A DNA stretch of 64,000 nt, taken from an uncultured virus (IMG/VR IMGVR_UViG_3300029305_005079) (taxonomy: Duplodnaviria; Heunggongvirae; Uroviricota; Caudoviricetes). This document shows, one piece after another, positions 29,176 through 39,792 of the stretch. Numbering within the stretch: position 1 is the first letter of the stretch; every line of letters begins with the position of its first letter. Location: the IMG/VR virus record IMGVR_UViG_3300029305_005079; one strand, written 5' to 3'. Both the position numbers and the translations under genes were made by a program. Below the pieces are notes generated by a model. The model saw nothing but the letters and a program-made list of their open reading frames with translations, was not told the origin of the DNA and did no database searches.

Positions 29176-31923
29176 TTACTCCTTAGGTATACAGTATGTA
29201 GAAATAGTTCCTACATTTGCTAAAACGGTTTTGGAAGGTCTCTCATAACCATCCGGTCCTTCTGGATCTATGGAGATAATAATAGTATTATCATGCGCTC
29301 CGTTAATCACTACAGGAGTATTAGAGATAGTAAGATGAGGAGTAACTTCTTTAGAAGAACCATCTTCTGGTTCTGTAGAAATATTATCGACTTTAATGGA
29401 AGTACCCTTTTCAATCTTATCGATCATCTTAGCCTTTGTGGCTTTTGCTGTATTAGCATGCTTGTCAGCTTCAGGAGTATCTGTATCATCTGCAAGATCA
29501 TCAAGTTCATAGTCATCCTTAATAGGCTGATCATTTGACATAAGTTTTTCAATATTTGATCTAAATCTATTAAGCTTAGTCATATCAAAGTCCTTAAAGT
29601 CAACTGTAAAATATCCGCGAGATCCTACAAATATAATACGTTTATTTCCCCAAGCCTTCCTCAGCTTGCCTAAATCGGTACGTACAAGACGAACGATTGT
29701 CGAAATCGGGTTCAAATTCGTTTTATAGTCAAATACATCTCCACCTGTAGAATTATTCCAAATTCCAGCATCTACAGGAATAAAAATAGTTTTATTCTTA
29801 TAAATGCTATCAATCTCTCTATTGTTGAGAAGCTTATTGATAAAATCAAAATAAACCTCTACACCTTTATCAAGTCTAAATGTATTATTCTTTAAGAATA
29901 GAGAATGATAATACGAAAGATCTACAAACATATTAAATCTCTTATACATTTCAAGCTTTACATAAGTACGCTTAATCTGAGGATTAAGTTGCTTAATCTT
30001 CTCATAAAGCTGAAGTGTTTCTTTACTATTCTTAATTCTTTCATTGTAGAGATATTGTTTAAGCTTTGCAGAATAATCGGAACTGTCTGCTTCTAAGAAA
30101 GCAGAACCCTCCAGCATAATAGAATTCTCCTGTTGAATATAACGCTTAAATCCATCAAAAGAATCATTTGCTTCTATCATATCTTTGATAAATACATACC
30201 TTCCATACTTATCCTTACAATTAGTATCTTTAAATCCATTCTTGAGAGCAAGATTAATAGATGCTTCATTTCCAGGATGAGCAGTCCAATAGTACAGCTT
30301 AAAACCGTGAGTCGAATGAAGATCGCTGTTAATAACTTCTTTCACCATAGTATCTGCAATTCCCATACCTCTAAATTGGTCTGATACTGCAATGGTAATC
30401 TGAGCAATCTCTGGTTTGGAAGGGAATTGATATACGTCGAGGAATCCAGCTGGCTCTCCACCAACGTATTTGATTACACGCTTTATAACAAAATCTGAAT
30501 CTCTATAGGTATCATAAAAAGAGATCTTCTTTATCTCATCGCCAGAAAGGTGGCTACAAATTTTCATTATATCCCCATATTGAGTTCCTACAAAAGATTC
30601 TGTTACAGCTTCTTTAGGTTTATCTTTATTAAGAAAAGCCCGAACTTTTTCTTTGGCTTTGTCCTTAACTTTAATTACACCATCTTTAACTTTTTCTGCA
30701 GCTTTATTAACGAGCTCTTCTGTTTTAGAAGGTTTCTTATTAGCCTTTTCTTCTTCACGGCGTTTCTGTTCTCTAATAGCTTCATCATAATAAGGTTTAA
30801 ATCTATTAGCTGCGCTAACTTTAACATCAGTGATACCGAACTTATTTATCTTTTTAATTATATTTTGTGCAAGCTCTTCTTCGTCTGAAGGATCGCAGTT
30901 ATTAAACATTCTGATTGCAGCTCTCACGTGATCTTCATCATGAATCGGATATTTTCTTTTATCCGGTACACCAAAATCGGAAGGTAATAACCTTTGTCTT
31001 TCAAAATAAGTTAAAGTAGACTCAAAAATAAGTTTTCTAATATTTCCAATCGTTGATGCAAGTGTATACTTTGTAAAAATTTGAAGATTTCCGGACTTCA
31101 AATAATCATAAATAATATTAGTCTTCTTCTTTTCTATAATAGATTGAATTCCTTTAGCAAATCTATTATAAGAATCTTGTCCAATATCTACAGTAGAGTT
31201 GCCCTTATTTTCATTAATCCAAGCATACATTCCGGAATATACCTGAGCAATCGAAAGCACCGGGATGAGTGCAAGATCGGGATTGGCCTGAAGAAGCATA
31301 TTACAAATAAGCTCATTCTTTAAATAGATCTGATAAGGTCCACCCATAACTTCAGGATCATAGACTCTTTTGCTTACAAGATGGATCTCTTCTCCATTAC
31401 TATATGAATACAAAGCATCTTTACAAACGCTATTATATTCAGAAGAAGCGGAGTCTCTTAATGAAGATACTGTAGGATGCACAATAACCTTAACAGTTTC
31501 GGGTACATATGTAAGCTTCAGATCTGTTGCGATTTTCTTATAGATGTTTCTATTACCATAGACATCATCAATATAATGCCTGTCCATAGTAGACATATCT
31601 TCATCATATTTAAATTTAATCTTTGAATTCCAGTTACGAAGCATAGCTTCAGAGACTGCATTCTCTTCGGCTTCATCGAATTCTGGATCTTTGTCTTTAC
31701 CATTTCCTATATAAGCCATAACATTTCTGTCTATATAGAAAGAGGTAAATAGATCAGGATTATGCACATAAGGCAATTGAGTTAGCTTAGCTGAAGTCTC
31801 CATATTAGGAGTCAAAAGCATAATGCTAGATCCATGCCTTCTATCTTTTTCATCAATAGGAGCATATACCTTTTTAGTAGCAGAATATAAAAATAATGGT
31901 TTAAGTTCGTCCATCATTCTCAT
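29176..31923 (-). CDS. Large multidomain late protein with DUF6582-like module and GNAT acetyltransferase domain
   Basis: DFGVPDKRKYPIHDEDHVRAAIRMF; AVSDQFRGMGIA...NEASINLALKNGF. Confidence 0.75.
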   Translation of the reverse strand: MRMMDELKPLFLYSATKKVYAPIDEKDRRHGSSIMLLTPNMETSAKLTQLPYVHNPDLFTSFYIDRNVMAYIGNGKDKDPEFDEAEENAVSEAMLRNWNSKIKFKYDEDMSTMDRHYIDDVYGNRNIYKKIATDLKLTYVPETVKVIVHPTVSSLRDSASSEYNSVCKDALYSYSNGEEIHLVSKRVYDPEVMGGPYQIYLKNELICNMLLQANPDLALIPVLSIAQVYSGMYAWINENKGNSTVDIGQDSYNRFAKGIQSIIEKKKTNIIYDYLKSGNLQIFTKYTLASTIGNIRKLIFESTLTYFERQRLLPSDFGVPDKRKYPIHDEDHVRAAIRMFNNCDPSDEEELAQNIIKKINKFGITDVKVSAANRFKPYYDEAIREQKRREEEKANKKPSKTEELVNKAAEKVKDGVIKVKDKAKEKVRAFLNKDKPKEAVTESFVGTQYGDIMKICSHLSGDEIKKISFYDTYRDSDFVIKRVIKYVGGEPAGFLDVYQFPSKPEIAQITIAVSDQFRGMGIADTMVKEVINSDLHSTHGFKLYYWTAHPGNEASINLALKNGFKDTNCKDKYGRYVFIKDMIEANDSFDGFKRYIQQENSIMLEGSAFLEADSSDYSAKLKQYLYNERIKNSKETLQLYEKIKQLNPQIKRTYVKLEMYKRFNMFVDLSYYHSLFLKNNTFRLDKGVEVYFDFINKLLNNREIDSIYKNKTIFIPVDAGIWNNSTGGDVFDYKTNLNPISTIVRLVRTDLGKLRKAWGNKRIIFVGSRGYFTVDFKDFDMTKLNRFRSNIEKLMSNDQPIKDDYELDDLADDTDTPEADKHANTAKATKAKMIDKIEKGTSIKVDNISTEPEDGSSKEVTPHLTISNTPVVINGAHDNTIIISIDPEGPDGYERPSKTVLANVGTISTYCIPKE

Positions 31924-32071
31924 AACTATCACACTCCTTTCAAAGTTTTATTATAAAGTTATGGTGTTCCTGAGTTAACCTTTACAGGCTCATTCACATA
32001 CTTATAATCATTATGAGGTATAAAATTATACTGATTACAGTTAATTAAATTAATGATTGTGGAGGTTTATA

Positions 32072-32251
32072 ATGAAAAAAGACAAAGCACAATCGTATAC
32101 GGTAGCTAAGGATGATTTCATTACTTTTTTAGCTTCCGCAAGTCCAGAAGAAGTTTCTAGATATATTCTTGAAAAAGGAAAACCTAGAAAACTTATAGAA
32201 CCGATGATCTTCTTTGATAGAGATAAGAAGATTGACGATAAGAAATGTTAA
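32072..32251 (+). CDS. Small protein with IEPMIFF motif
   Basis: GGAGGT RBS before ATG 32072. Confidence 0.7.
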   Translation: MKKDKAQSYTVAKDDFITFLASASPEEVSRYILEKGKPRKLIEPMIFFDRDKKIDDKKC

Positions 32252-32306
32252 GCTCTTATGCTTTTCATATAAAAAATAAATATATTTTCTTAGGAGGAAA
32301 ACCAAT

Positions 32307-32843
32307 ATGTCCGAACAGGTAACAACCGTAAAAGGTCTTCTCGATGAGATTGCTGGCAATCTTTCTCAGAAGAGCGCATCGAGAAAAGATGAAGTAAGAA
32401 TTATGCAGGCTATGCTTAGCGATCCTACCTATAAGGTAAATGTATATGGTAAGGATGGTATCGAGTCTGTATACTGCCCTGCAGAAGATTATAGACATAT
32501 GTGCGCTAGTGTTATGTCTCATGTAGCAAAGATTCCTATGGCAGAAGCTAATCAGCTTATGGAAGGATATCAGGTAAGCAAGGATGAGGCTAATAGTGCA
32601 ATTAATGTGTCTAAGGAATTTGTAAATACTTTCCTTAAAACTGGCCGCAAGCTACCTCTTGGTCCTAGAGAGACTTCTGATATCTCTCTTAGCCATAAAG
32701 TGGTAGAAGCAAGCACCAGGCTCTATCCTCAGAAGGTCGGTGTCAACGATGATGGTTCTGATAGATATTCTAAGACAGCTACTACCGTTCCCGCGCATGA
32801 CAGCATCAGAGTTCATGCTCCCTGTCCTGCTTGGGTTAAGTAA
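32307..32843 (+). CDS. Hypothetical protein, possibly HU-like DNA-binding
   Basis: Strong RBS and codon bias; C-terminal VPAHDSIRV recalls an HU arm. Confidence 0.4.
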   Translation: MSEQVTTVKGLLDEIAGNLSQKSASRKDEVRIMQAMLSDPTYKVNVYGKDGIESVYCPAEDYRHMCASVMSHVAKIPMAEANQLMEGYQVSKDEANSAINVSKEFVNTFLKTGRKLPLGPRETSDISLSHKVVEASTRLYPQKVGVNDDGSDRYSKTATTVPAHDSIRVHAPCPAWVK

Positions 32844-32903
32844 TTTATCATTACACAAAAAAATAAAGACGATAGCAGAAATGCTATCGTCTTTTCTATT
32901 TTA

Positions 32904-33413
32904 TTATTTAAATATGTTTTTAAGCTTCTTAAAGATGCGATTTTTATCCCGTCTAGGTCTACGGATATAATAAAATGTATCTTCAGATACTCTTCTAAGG
33001 CTAAATCCGATAGATTCGAGAAATTTCTCATCATTAATAACATTTGTACACTTACCTTTAAGAATAACAAGAGCATCTTGTTTGTCATTCAAGCAAGTTT
33101 CAATTAATTCTTTTTTCTTTTCATCAGAAACGTCTTTGTCGTAGTGAAGAGCTTCGATTTGATAGATGAAATTGTACTTCTGGGGGTGACAGAGCACAAA
33201 TCTATCAACCTCGGTAGCGTAAACTCTGCGGCATGCTATAACTCCTAACAACGAACTGTAGCTTTCATCTGTAATTACATATATAGAATTGCAGCATTGT
33301 ACAAATTCTTGTTTTGTAAGTAGAGCATGCTTGTAGCAACTAGATTTAAGCATAATTTCTGCGCCTTCCATAGCAATCCTACTCTCAGGCGGAACTCTTT
33401 TAATTAGAAGCAT
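32904..33413 (-). CDS. Hypothetical protein, possible GNAT-like fold
   Basis: LLGVIA, YQIEALH and FLESIGF pattern. Confidence 0.4.
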   Translation of the reverse strand: MLLIKRVPPESRIAMEGAEIMLKSSCYKHALLTKQEFVQCCNSIYVITDESYSSLLGVIACRRVYATEVDRFVLCHPQKYNFIYQIEALHYDKDVSDEKKKELIETCLNDKQDALVILKGKCTNVINDEKFLESIGFSLRRVSEDTFYYIRRPRRDKNRIFKKLKNIFK

Positions 33414-33499
33414 TTTAAGCACTCTCCTTAAATACAAAATTTTATATTATAATAAAGTTAGCCACATGTAGAATTTGATCTACATGTGGCTATTTAGAT

Positions 33500-34312
33500 T
33501 TAATTAGCAAATATCATAGGTCTAATAAAATTATCTGAAACGTTAAAATCTACAATTCCAACTTTTCTTCCATCTTTATTTACTATATGCATATCTGCTT
33601 TAATATGATAGACATCATAATAGCCAGCATAATTATAAGCTAATTCGCAGAATCTATTTATAGATTCATCCAAATATCTGTTATTGCTTTTAATTACTAC
33701 AGAATCAATTCCATTAAAGTTTAGAATTATATCATCCGTTAATCTATCATTAGAAAAGATCTGAAGCTTGTGGAACAACTGAAAATCTCTAATAATAATA
33801 TTGGCTATAGTCTGTTTATAAAATTGCTCTGCTGTTGCTTTTGTATAATTACCCTCATCTGGTAAGTCTGGAGATGTAATAGATGAGATATCTATCCTGA
33901 TCCCTACTAATGAAGATAATTGTCTTGCATTATTTGCAACCCAATCATAACTAGCTCTTTCTACGTCACCCTCTACTGATTTTCTATATTCAGTACGAGT
34001 ATTGTAAGTGAGCATAGAAATGACTTGATCTGCATGATGCAATTCATGAGAAATAGCCCATGCGATAGTGCTTGCAATATAAGTCTCTTTAGGAAGTATA
34101 CGAGACCATTCATCTTGCCAAGAATCTATAATAGTCCCTATATGGACTGCTATATAATTCGGATACCTAATATTAGCATAGGTACCATTAATCAAATCAT
34201 ACATATCAAGATATAGCAAGCAATTACTGTTTAATCTATTAATTTTTCCATTCATATAATTAAACATCTTTACAGCTACATCTGAGTAAAAATGGTATTC
34301 TTCAAATGTCAT
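33500..34312 (-). CDS. Putative zinc metallopeptidase-like protein
   Basis: SHELHHADQ (HExxH) with downstream Glu. Confidence 0.55.
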   Translation of the reverse strand: MTFEEYHFYSDVAVKMFNYMNGKINRLNSNCLLYLDMYDLINGTYANIRYPNYIAVHIGTIIDSWQDEWSRILPKETYIASTIAWAISHELHHADQVISMLTYNTRTEYRKSVEGDVERASYDWVANNARQLSSLVGIRIDISSITSPDLPDEGNYTKATAEQFYKQTIANIIIRDFQLFHKLQIFSNDRLTDDIILNFNGIDSVVIKSNNRYLDESINRFCELAYNYAGYYDVYHIKADMHIVNKDGRKVGIVDFNVSDNFIRPMIFAN

Positions 34313-34620
34313 TCTATTACACCCTCCAATTCAGAAAGATCTATTTCATTATTATTTTCTATAGATACTAAATTTGAATTTCCATCTGCATCTATATTTA
34401 CGAAATATAAATCTATAAAATCATGAATTGATATCATTATAATCATTCCGTTATAGAATTTATCAGGATCTTGATTGATGGCATCAATAACCTGTTTCTT
34501 GCTTTCAAATAATACCACATCCAAAGGTTTAGCTTGTTCTTTTAACATTTCGATATATTTATTGTTACCCTTATGATAATAAGTATGGTTGTTTATAATA
34601 ATATTTATTGGAATACTCAT
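34309..34620 (-). CDS. Hypothetical protein
   Basis: ORF with RBS and early-type promoter at 34643-34659. Confidence 0.7.
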   Translation of the reverse strand: MSIPINIIINNHTYYHKGNNKYIEMLKEQAKPLDVVLFESKKQVIDAINQDPDKFYNGMIIMISIHDFIDLYFVNIDADGNSNLVSIENNNEIDLSELEGVIE

Positions 34621-34730
34621 TATTTATTCTCCTTTATATTTATTCTTAATAATAATATACAAGCATGAATTTATTTCAAATATACCTACTCATTCACTAA
34701 GTATTAATATATCGTAAAGGAGTGTTAAAT

Positions 34731-35471
34731 ATGAATTTTCCAACAGGCAAAATCATAGCCTTTGAAGGGCTAGATAATTGTTTTAAAGAAACGAATTACA
34801 AAGAATTTGTAAGTAGATTAAAGTCGTTGTGTCCAAACACGGAGCATATGATTCATACGGAATCGTTTCCAAGATATGGAACACAGTGTTGTATAGGTGT
34901 AGAGAAATGGTTAGATGGATCTTTTGACAGATCTCATATGAAAGCACATCCGGAAGCTATATGCAATCTGTACAGTCTTGATAGATATAGCTATTGGTTT
35001 GAAAGCGTTCATGGAACTGCAAGAAATATAGACAAGCTCTATGAAGGAGATTGTTTTATATTTGACAGATATAATATTTCGAATGCAATATATCAACCTC
35101 AAGTAGGCGATATGCCAAGAGTAGACGATTTGTTATATGACAATCAGGCATGGGGTATTCCTACTCCAGATATTGTCGTATGGTTGAGAATTAGAAATTT
35201 TTCTAAATATGAAGAATTGTTAAAAACAAAACAAAATAAAGATTTGAATGAATCTGATATTGATTTTATGAAAAAGATTTGGGATAGATCGGAGCATGCT
35301 CTGTTCAGTAATATATTTCAGAAAGCTAATATTGATCTTAGAGTAATCGAAATCTTAGATGAAGATGGAGAGCTTAAATCAAGAGAACAGCTTGCAATTG
35401 ATGTATATCATGCTGTGCGAAATGCTATAAATAGATCTATTGAAAGAACGGGCAACCATATTGTATTTTAA
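34731..35471 (+). CDS. tmk: Thymidylate (dNMP) kinase-like protein
   Basis: IAFEGLDNCFKET variant P-loop, FPRY, FDRY and PDIVVWL. Confidence 0.78.
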   Translation: MNFPTGKIIAFEGLDNCFKETNYKEFVSRLKSLCPNTEHMIHTESFPRYGTQCCIGVEKWLDGSFDRSHMKAHPEAICNLYSLDRYSYWFESVHGTARNIDKLYEGDCFIFDRYNISNAIYQPQVGDMPRVDDLLYDNQAWGIPTPDIVVWLRIRNFSKYEELLKTKQNKDLNESDIDFMKKIWDRSEHALFSNIFQKANIDLRVIEILDEDGELKSREQLAIDVYHAVRNAINRSIERTGNHIVF

Positions 35472-35485
35472 GGAGGATATAAATT

Positions 35486-36847
35486 ATGTCAGTCAAAAAC
35501 CCACTCGCAAACGAATCTATCATTTCTAAGGTACGAAAGAAATCTGATAGAAAACAGGAAGCTGTTACTGGAACAATTACAGCAGAACTTCTCGGAATCA
35601 ATGATGCAATGACAGTATGTGCTAAAGCATGTGCTTGCTGTTGGGATAGACCGATTCCTGAAGGTTACGATAATGTAGCAGAATATGTTGCAAAGAGATC
35701 TAGAATTGGTCATACATCTGTTGTAGAGCATAGCAACTTTGTTATGTATCTTCATGTAGATAAGGCTTATGAAGAAGATCTTATTTCTATTCTTGATATT
35801 ATGCATTATCTTTATTCTAAAACCATTCCGGATTCTACGAATACTGGATGGCATGTAATTATTGGCGGTTCTTATAGAGGTTATTGCGATCTCTATAGAG
35901 AGACTGATGATCTGAATAATGCTGTATTAAAGGCTATTGCTGGATGTCTTTATATTTATGCTCATTCTGCAGCATTTGAAGATATTTGCAAACTCGGTCT
36001 TATGGATAAGATGAGATTTATGAATGTAGAGCCCGATGAAAATCATAAGCTTCTTAATAAGCTCTCTCAGCCTTATGAAAATGAGTATTTTGAGATTCTT
36101 GGTATTGATGATATCAAGAAGCTTTATACGAATCTTTATGTAGTATCCAAAGAAGCTGCAGAGAAGATTACAACTTATGATCTTATTAAATTTGTAACCG
36201 TATCTGTTATGTTTAAGAATATGAGTAGAACTTGTACCCATCAGCTTGTAAGACACAGAAATGCTATTACCCAGGAATCTCAGAGATATGTAGATTATTC
36301 TAAAGCCTGCTTTAATAGCCCTGAAATCTTTAAGCCTGAAAAATACGATAAAGATCATAAGTATACAGTAAGATTTGCATCTTCTGCTCCTATGAATCTC
36401 ACGCTTTCGGAGATTGGAGCAGCTATGTGTGAAATCTATGGAATGCTTAGTAATCCTGTGATTACAGGTGCTAATTACGCTCTTCTTAAAGAGGATGCTA
36501 GAGCTTTCTTACCTTCTAATGTACAGTGTAAGAAAATCTATATCACGTTTACATATAAGAGCCTTCTTAAGTTCCTTAATCTTAGGGAGGATAAAGCTGC
36601 TCAGGCAGAAATCAGAACTTATGCTGTAGCTCTCGGTAATTGGATTAGAGAGAATACTGAGTTTGGCACAAAGGAGCTTTGTGATCTCTATACACAGCCT
36701 AGACTTCTTATTGAAGATCCCTTTAAGATCGATATCGATGAAGGTATCGTAGAAGAACAGATTGAGCTTACTCCTGAAGATTATATTAAGGCTGCAGGTC
36801 TTGATGTAGAAGATAATGAAGAAGTAACCGAATCTAAAGATGAATAA
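35486..36847 (+). CDS. thyX: Flavin-dependent thymidylate synthase
   Basis: GHTSVVEH, SRTCTHQLVRHR..QESQRY, EDARAFLP and AQAEIR. Confidence 0.92.
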   Translation: MSVKNPLANESIISKVRKKSDRKQEAVTGTITAELLGINDAMTVCAKACACCWDRPIPEGYDNVAEYVAKRSRIGHTSVVEHSNFVMYLHVDKAYEEDLISILDIMHYLYSKTIPDSTNTGWHVIIGGSYRGYCDLYRETDDLNNAVLKAIAGCLYIYAHSAAFEDICKLGLMDKMRFMNVEPDENHKLLNKLSQPYENEYFEILGIDDIKKLYTNLYVVSKEAAEKITTYDLIKFVTVSVMFKNMSRTCTHQLVRHRNAITQESQRYVDYSKACFNSPEIFKPEKYDKDHKYTVRFASSAPMNLTLSEIGAAMCEIYGMLSNPVITGANYALLKEDARAFLPSNVQCKKIYITFTYKSLLKFLNLREDKAAQAEIRTYAVALGNWIRENTEFGTKELCDLYTQPRLLIEDPFKIDIDEGIVEEQIELTPEDYIKAAGLDVEDNEEVTESKDE

Positions 36848-36913
36848 TATGATGACGGATAGGATTAGCTTCCTATCCGTCATTTTAACGCTTTTTAACA
36901 TATTTATTAAAAG

Positions 36914-37645
36914 GTGGTGATATATGTGAGAGATCCAAATAATATGATTAAATCATATGAGATGGAAGCACCTCCTACAGTCATTAAGATGAATGAAATT
37001 CCTCCATATGATCTGTATGACTTCGATCTCAATGATGAAAAATCATTTAAAAAATATATGCAAACCATTGAGAAATGTGTAAGACAATCTTTTGAATATA
37101 GAGCTCTTATTAATTTCTTGAGAGAATATATGGATATGAATCAGTGTGCTTTCTACCAGAATGTAAATAATACTGATACAACTAAAGTTCATATTGAAAT
37201 TCATCACGAACCTCTTAGTTTATACGATATTTGCCTTATTGTATATAATAAGAGGGTTGCTTTTAACGAACCTCTTGATGAGGAATATGTTGCTAAAGAG
37301 GTTATGTATCTCCATTATAATTTAATGGTAGGTCTTATTCCTCTTGCAGAAACTGTACACCAATTGGTTCATGCACAGTATTTATTTGTACCTACTACAG
37401 CTGTACTCGGAAAGTATAGAGAATTCGTTGATCGATATCAACCCTATATGATTCCTGAACAGTTAGAAACTCTTGAGCATATCGAGGAAGCTACTAAAGT
37501 ATATGATAGCGATGATGCAAAGCTTCTTTTGTCCAAGAATTATATCTATATAGATATGAGTGGTTCATATAATCTTCCTAAAACGGAAGATATAATTTCT
37601 ATGGTTAAGGATAGAATTAAGGATATTTTAGATGCAAAAACCTAA
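36914..37645 (+). CDS. HNH-like fold protein (paralog of 45911-46582)
   Basis: IEIHHEP...LIPLAETVHQLVH. Confidence 0.55.
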   Translation: MVIYVRDPNNMIKSYEMEAPPTVIKMNEIPPYDLYDFDLNDEKSFKKYMQTIEKCVRQSFEYRALINFLREYMDMNQCAFYQNVNNTDTTKVHIEIHHEPLSLYDICLIVYNKRVAFNEPLDEEYVAKEVMYLHYNLMVGLIPLAETVHQLVHAQYLFVPTTAVLGKYREFVDRYQPYMIPEQLETLEHIEEATKVYDSDDAKLLLSKNYIYIDMSGSYNLPKTEDIISMVKDRIKDILDAKT

Positions 37646-37804
37646 TTTTTACCTATGATACTACGAAAAATGGTCATTTTGTTATAAAATACCCTTAAAT
37701 CGACCTATTTTAAATAAATCAGCTCTACAACATATAAATAATTCTATGAATCCTTCGTAGAGTTGATCAATTCTATTAAATAAAGATATAAGGAGGAAAC
37801 TCAA

Positions 37805-38374
37805 ATGTTGTTTAAGAATCCGCGTAAGCTGCTTTCTGAAGCTGCATCTGCTGACCTTCTCGCTCCTGAAGTAAGCGAAGAGGTTAAGGATGTTATCGAT
37901 GGTCTCGAGGATACTCTCGTTGACGGTAACATCGAAGAAGTTAAGGACGAAGATAAGACCACTAATGGTGGCATTCCTGTAGTTGCTGAGTCCGTATCCA
38001 TCATGGAGTCTACTGGTAACTATGATAGAGCTCGTTACCTCGTTAAGCTCGAGGACGTTATCGCTATCAAGGAAACTGAGGGCGAGGCTGCCGCTGCTGA
38101 AAATGCAGAGCCTGGTACTGCTCCCACTCCCGAGGAGTGTGAAGCTGCAGAGCCTGATGCAGCAAATGTTGTTGAAGACATCGCTGCTAAGAATGGCGTA
38201 GAGCCTGAGCAGGTTGCTGTAGTTATTACTGCAGAGTCTGTTACGTTCCTTGCTGAGACTGCTCTTCTTGAGGCTAAGGCTGGTAAGAAGAATGGCAAGG
38301 GTGCTAAGAAGCTCGCTAAGGTTGGTAAGACCGTTGATGAGCTCAAGGGTAAGGTTAAGCTCGTTAAGGCGTAA
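37805..38374 (+). CDS. Abundant acidic head protein (core/scaffold-like)
   Basis: High-expression codon bias, late promoter at 37729-37741 and six candidate protease sites. Confidence 0.55.
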   Translation: MLFKNPRKLLSEAASADLLAPEVSEEVKDVIDGLEDTLVDGNIEEVKDEDKTTNGGIPVVAESVSIMESTGNYDRARYLVKLEDVIAIKETEGEAAAAENAEPGTAPTPEECEAAEPDAANVVEDIAAKNGVEPEQVAVVITAESVTFLAETALLEAKAGKKNGKGAKKLAKVGKTVDELKGKVKLVKA

Positions 38375-38395
38375 TCATATAATTACCTCCGTTTT

Positions 38396-38436
38396 ATAGA
38401 GGACTGACTTCGGTCAGTCCTCTATTCTTTTTTTTT
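38396..38436 (+). terminator. Intrinsic terminator
   Basis: ATAGAGGACTGAC-TTCG-GTCAGTCCTCTAT followed by a T run. Confidence 0.85.
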
Positions 38437-38503
38437 AATGGGGTATTTGGTTGCATATTATATATACGAAAACAAGTAAATAATTTAAGAAAGGAGATTA
38501 AAC

Positions 38504-39232
38504 ATGATCTTCAATATTTATTGCGATGCCTCTATAGATCTAGACAGAAAGATCGCATGTGGAGGTTGTTATATCATTGAACAAGACCAGAATGGCCAAA
38601 CAAGAGACATTGGATTTAGGCGGATAATCCAAAGAAATGCAACAAATAATTCGGCTGAAATTTTAGCTATTTGGGCTGGTATTGTCGAAGCATTAAAACT
38701 TAGGCAATCATATCCAGGAGCTATTTTCAGACTATTTTCCGATTCTAAGATTTCTTTATATGGTCTTAGAGATTGGATGAAAAACTGGGTTCGAGGTATT
38801 AAACCGGATGGTACACTCATATCATCTAGCGGTCAGCCTGTAATGAACCAGCAACGATTCATAGATTGTTTTAACTTGATTGTAGAAAATAATCTAAAGA
38901 TTGAACTCTACCACCAGAGAGGACATGTAAGAGAAAAAAATATGCCTCTTGAAGTTGCTAGGGCTCAATTTATTAAAGCAAATAAAGTAGCACCCGAAGG
39001 GATGGGTACTACTATTGAAAACTTGTGTTATGGTAATGATATGATAGATAATATCACTAGAGAAGCTGTATATGCATTTATCGATGGAAAACTATTACCA
39101 TATACAGAAGTGGAAGGAGTGGCTCCTTTCACTTATACTATTCGAAAAAATATGCTTCATCAATACATACGTTGTATTGATAAAACTACTGTTATCAGTA
39201 GGCATGATTTTAAAGGAGGATATAACCAATAA
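38504..39232 (+). CDS. rnhA: Ribonuclease H
   Basis: IYCDAS, TNNSAEILAI, FSDS, RGH and GNDMID. Confidence 0.9.
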   Translation: MIFNIYCDASIDLDRKIACGGCYIIEQDQNGQTRDIGFRRIIQRNATNNSAEILAIWAGIVEALKLRQSYPGAIFRLFSDSKISLYGLRDWMKNWVRGIKPDGTLISSSGQPVMNQQRFIDCFNLIVENNLKIELYHQRGHVREKNMPLEVARAQFIKANKVAPEGMGTTIENLCYGNDMIDNITREAVYAFIDGKLLPYTEVEGVAPFTYTIRKNMLHQYIRCIDKTTVISRHDFKGGYNQ

Positions 39233-39738
39233 TGAAGAAACTTGATCAAACAGATGTCAAGATTCCAAGGGAATTTCAGTATCCTACTATGGGAGATCCT
39301 ACAAAAGTAATTTCCCATAAGAAAGTAGCTGTAAATCTTAGTGGAGAAGATAAACCCATTATTGAAAAATATTATGCTGATATTATAGATAATGTGCTTA
39401 TTCATGCAATGGATGGAGTTATTGATAGCGATTCTAGCGAAGCTATTATCGTTGTTAATATACTTACATTAATTCAAGATACTGTAAGAGAAGTTGATAA
39501 GAAATTCTCTTATATAAATCTCTATTCAGATCCTATTTTATCCAAAATTGTATCAAATATGACTAACTCGATTGGCATTATTATCGAAAATATTAAATCT
39601 TGGGAGTCTAATAAGGATACGTTGATTATGGATGTAAATGGAATTATGAGTATTCTTAATTGTGATCTAAATTCAGATAAGGCAAAGAAAGTACGAGATT
39701 TTATCGAATACTTCCATTATAAATTTGATATCGAGTAA
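39232..39738 (+). CDS. Hypothetical protein
   Basis: ORF translationally coupled to RNase H. Confidence 0.7.
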   Translation: MKKLDQTDVKIPREFQYPTMGDPTKVISHKKVAVNLSGEDKPIIEKYYADIIDNVLIHAMDGVIDSDSSEAIIVVNILTLIQDTVREVDKKFSYINLYSDPILSKIVSNMTNSIGIIIENIKSWESNKDTLIMDVNGIMSILNCDLNSDKAKKVRDFIEYFHYKFDIE

Positions 39739-39792
39739 TAATTTTGCCAATTAGATATTATAATTAAGAATACAAGCAAAGGAGAATACAAT

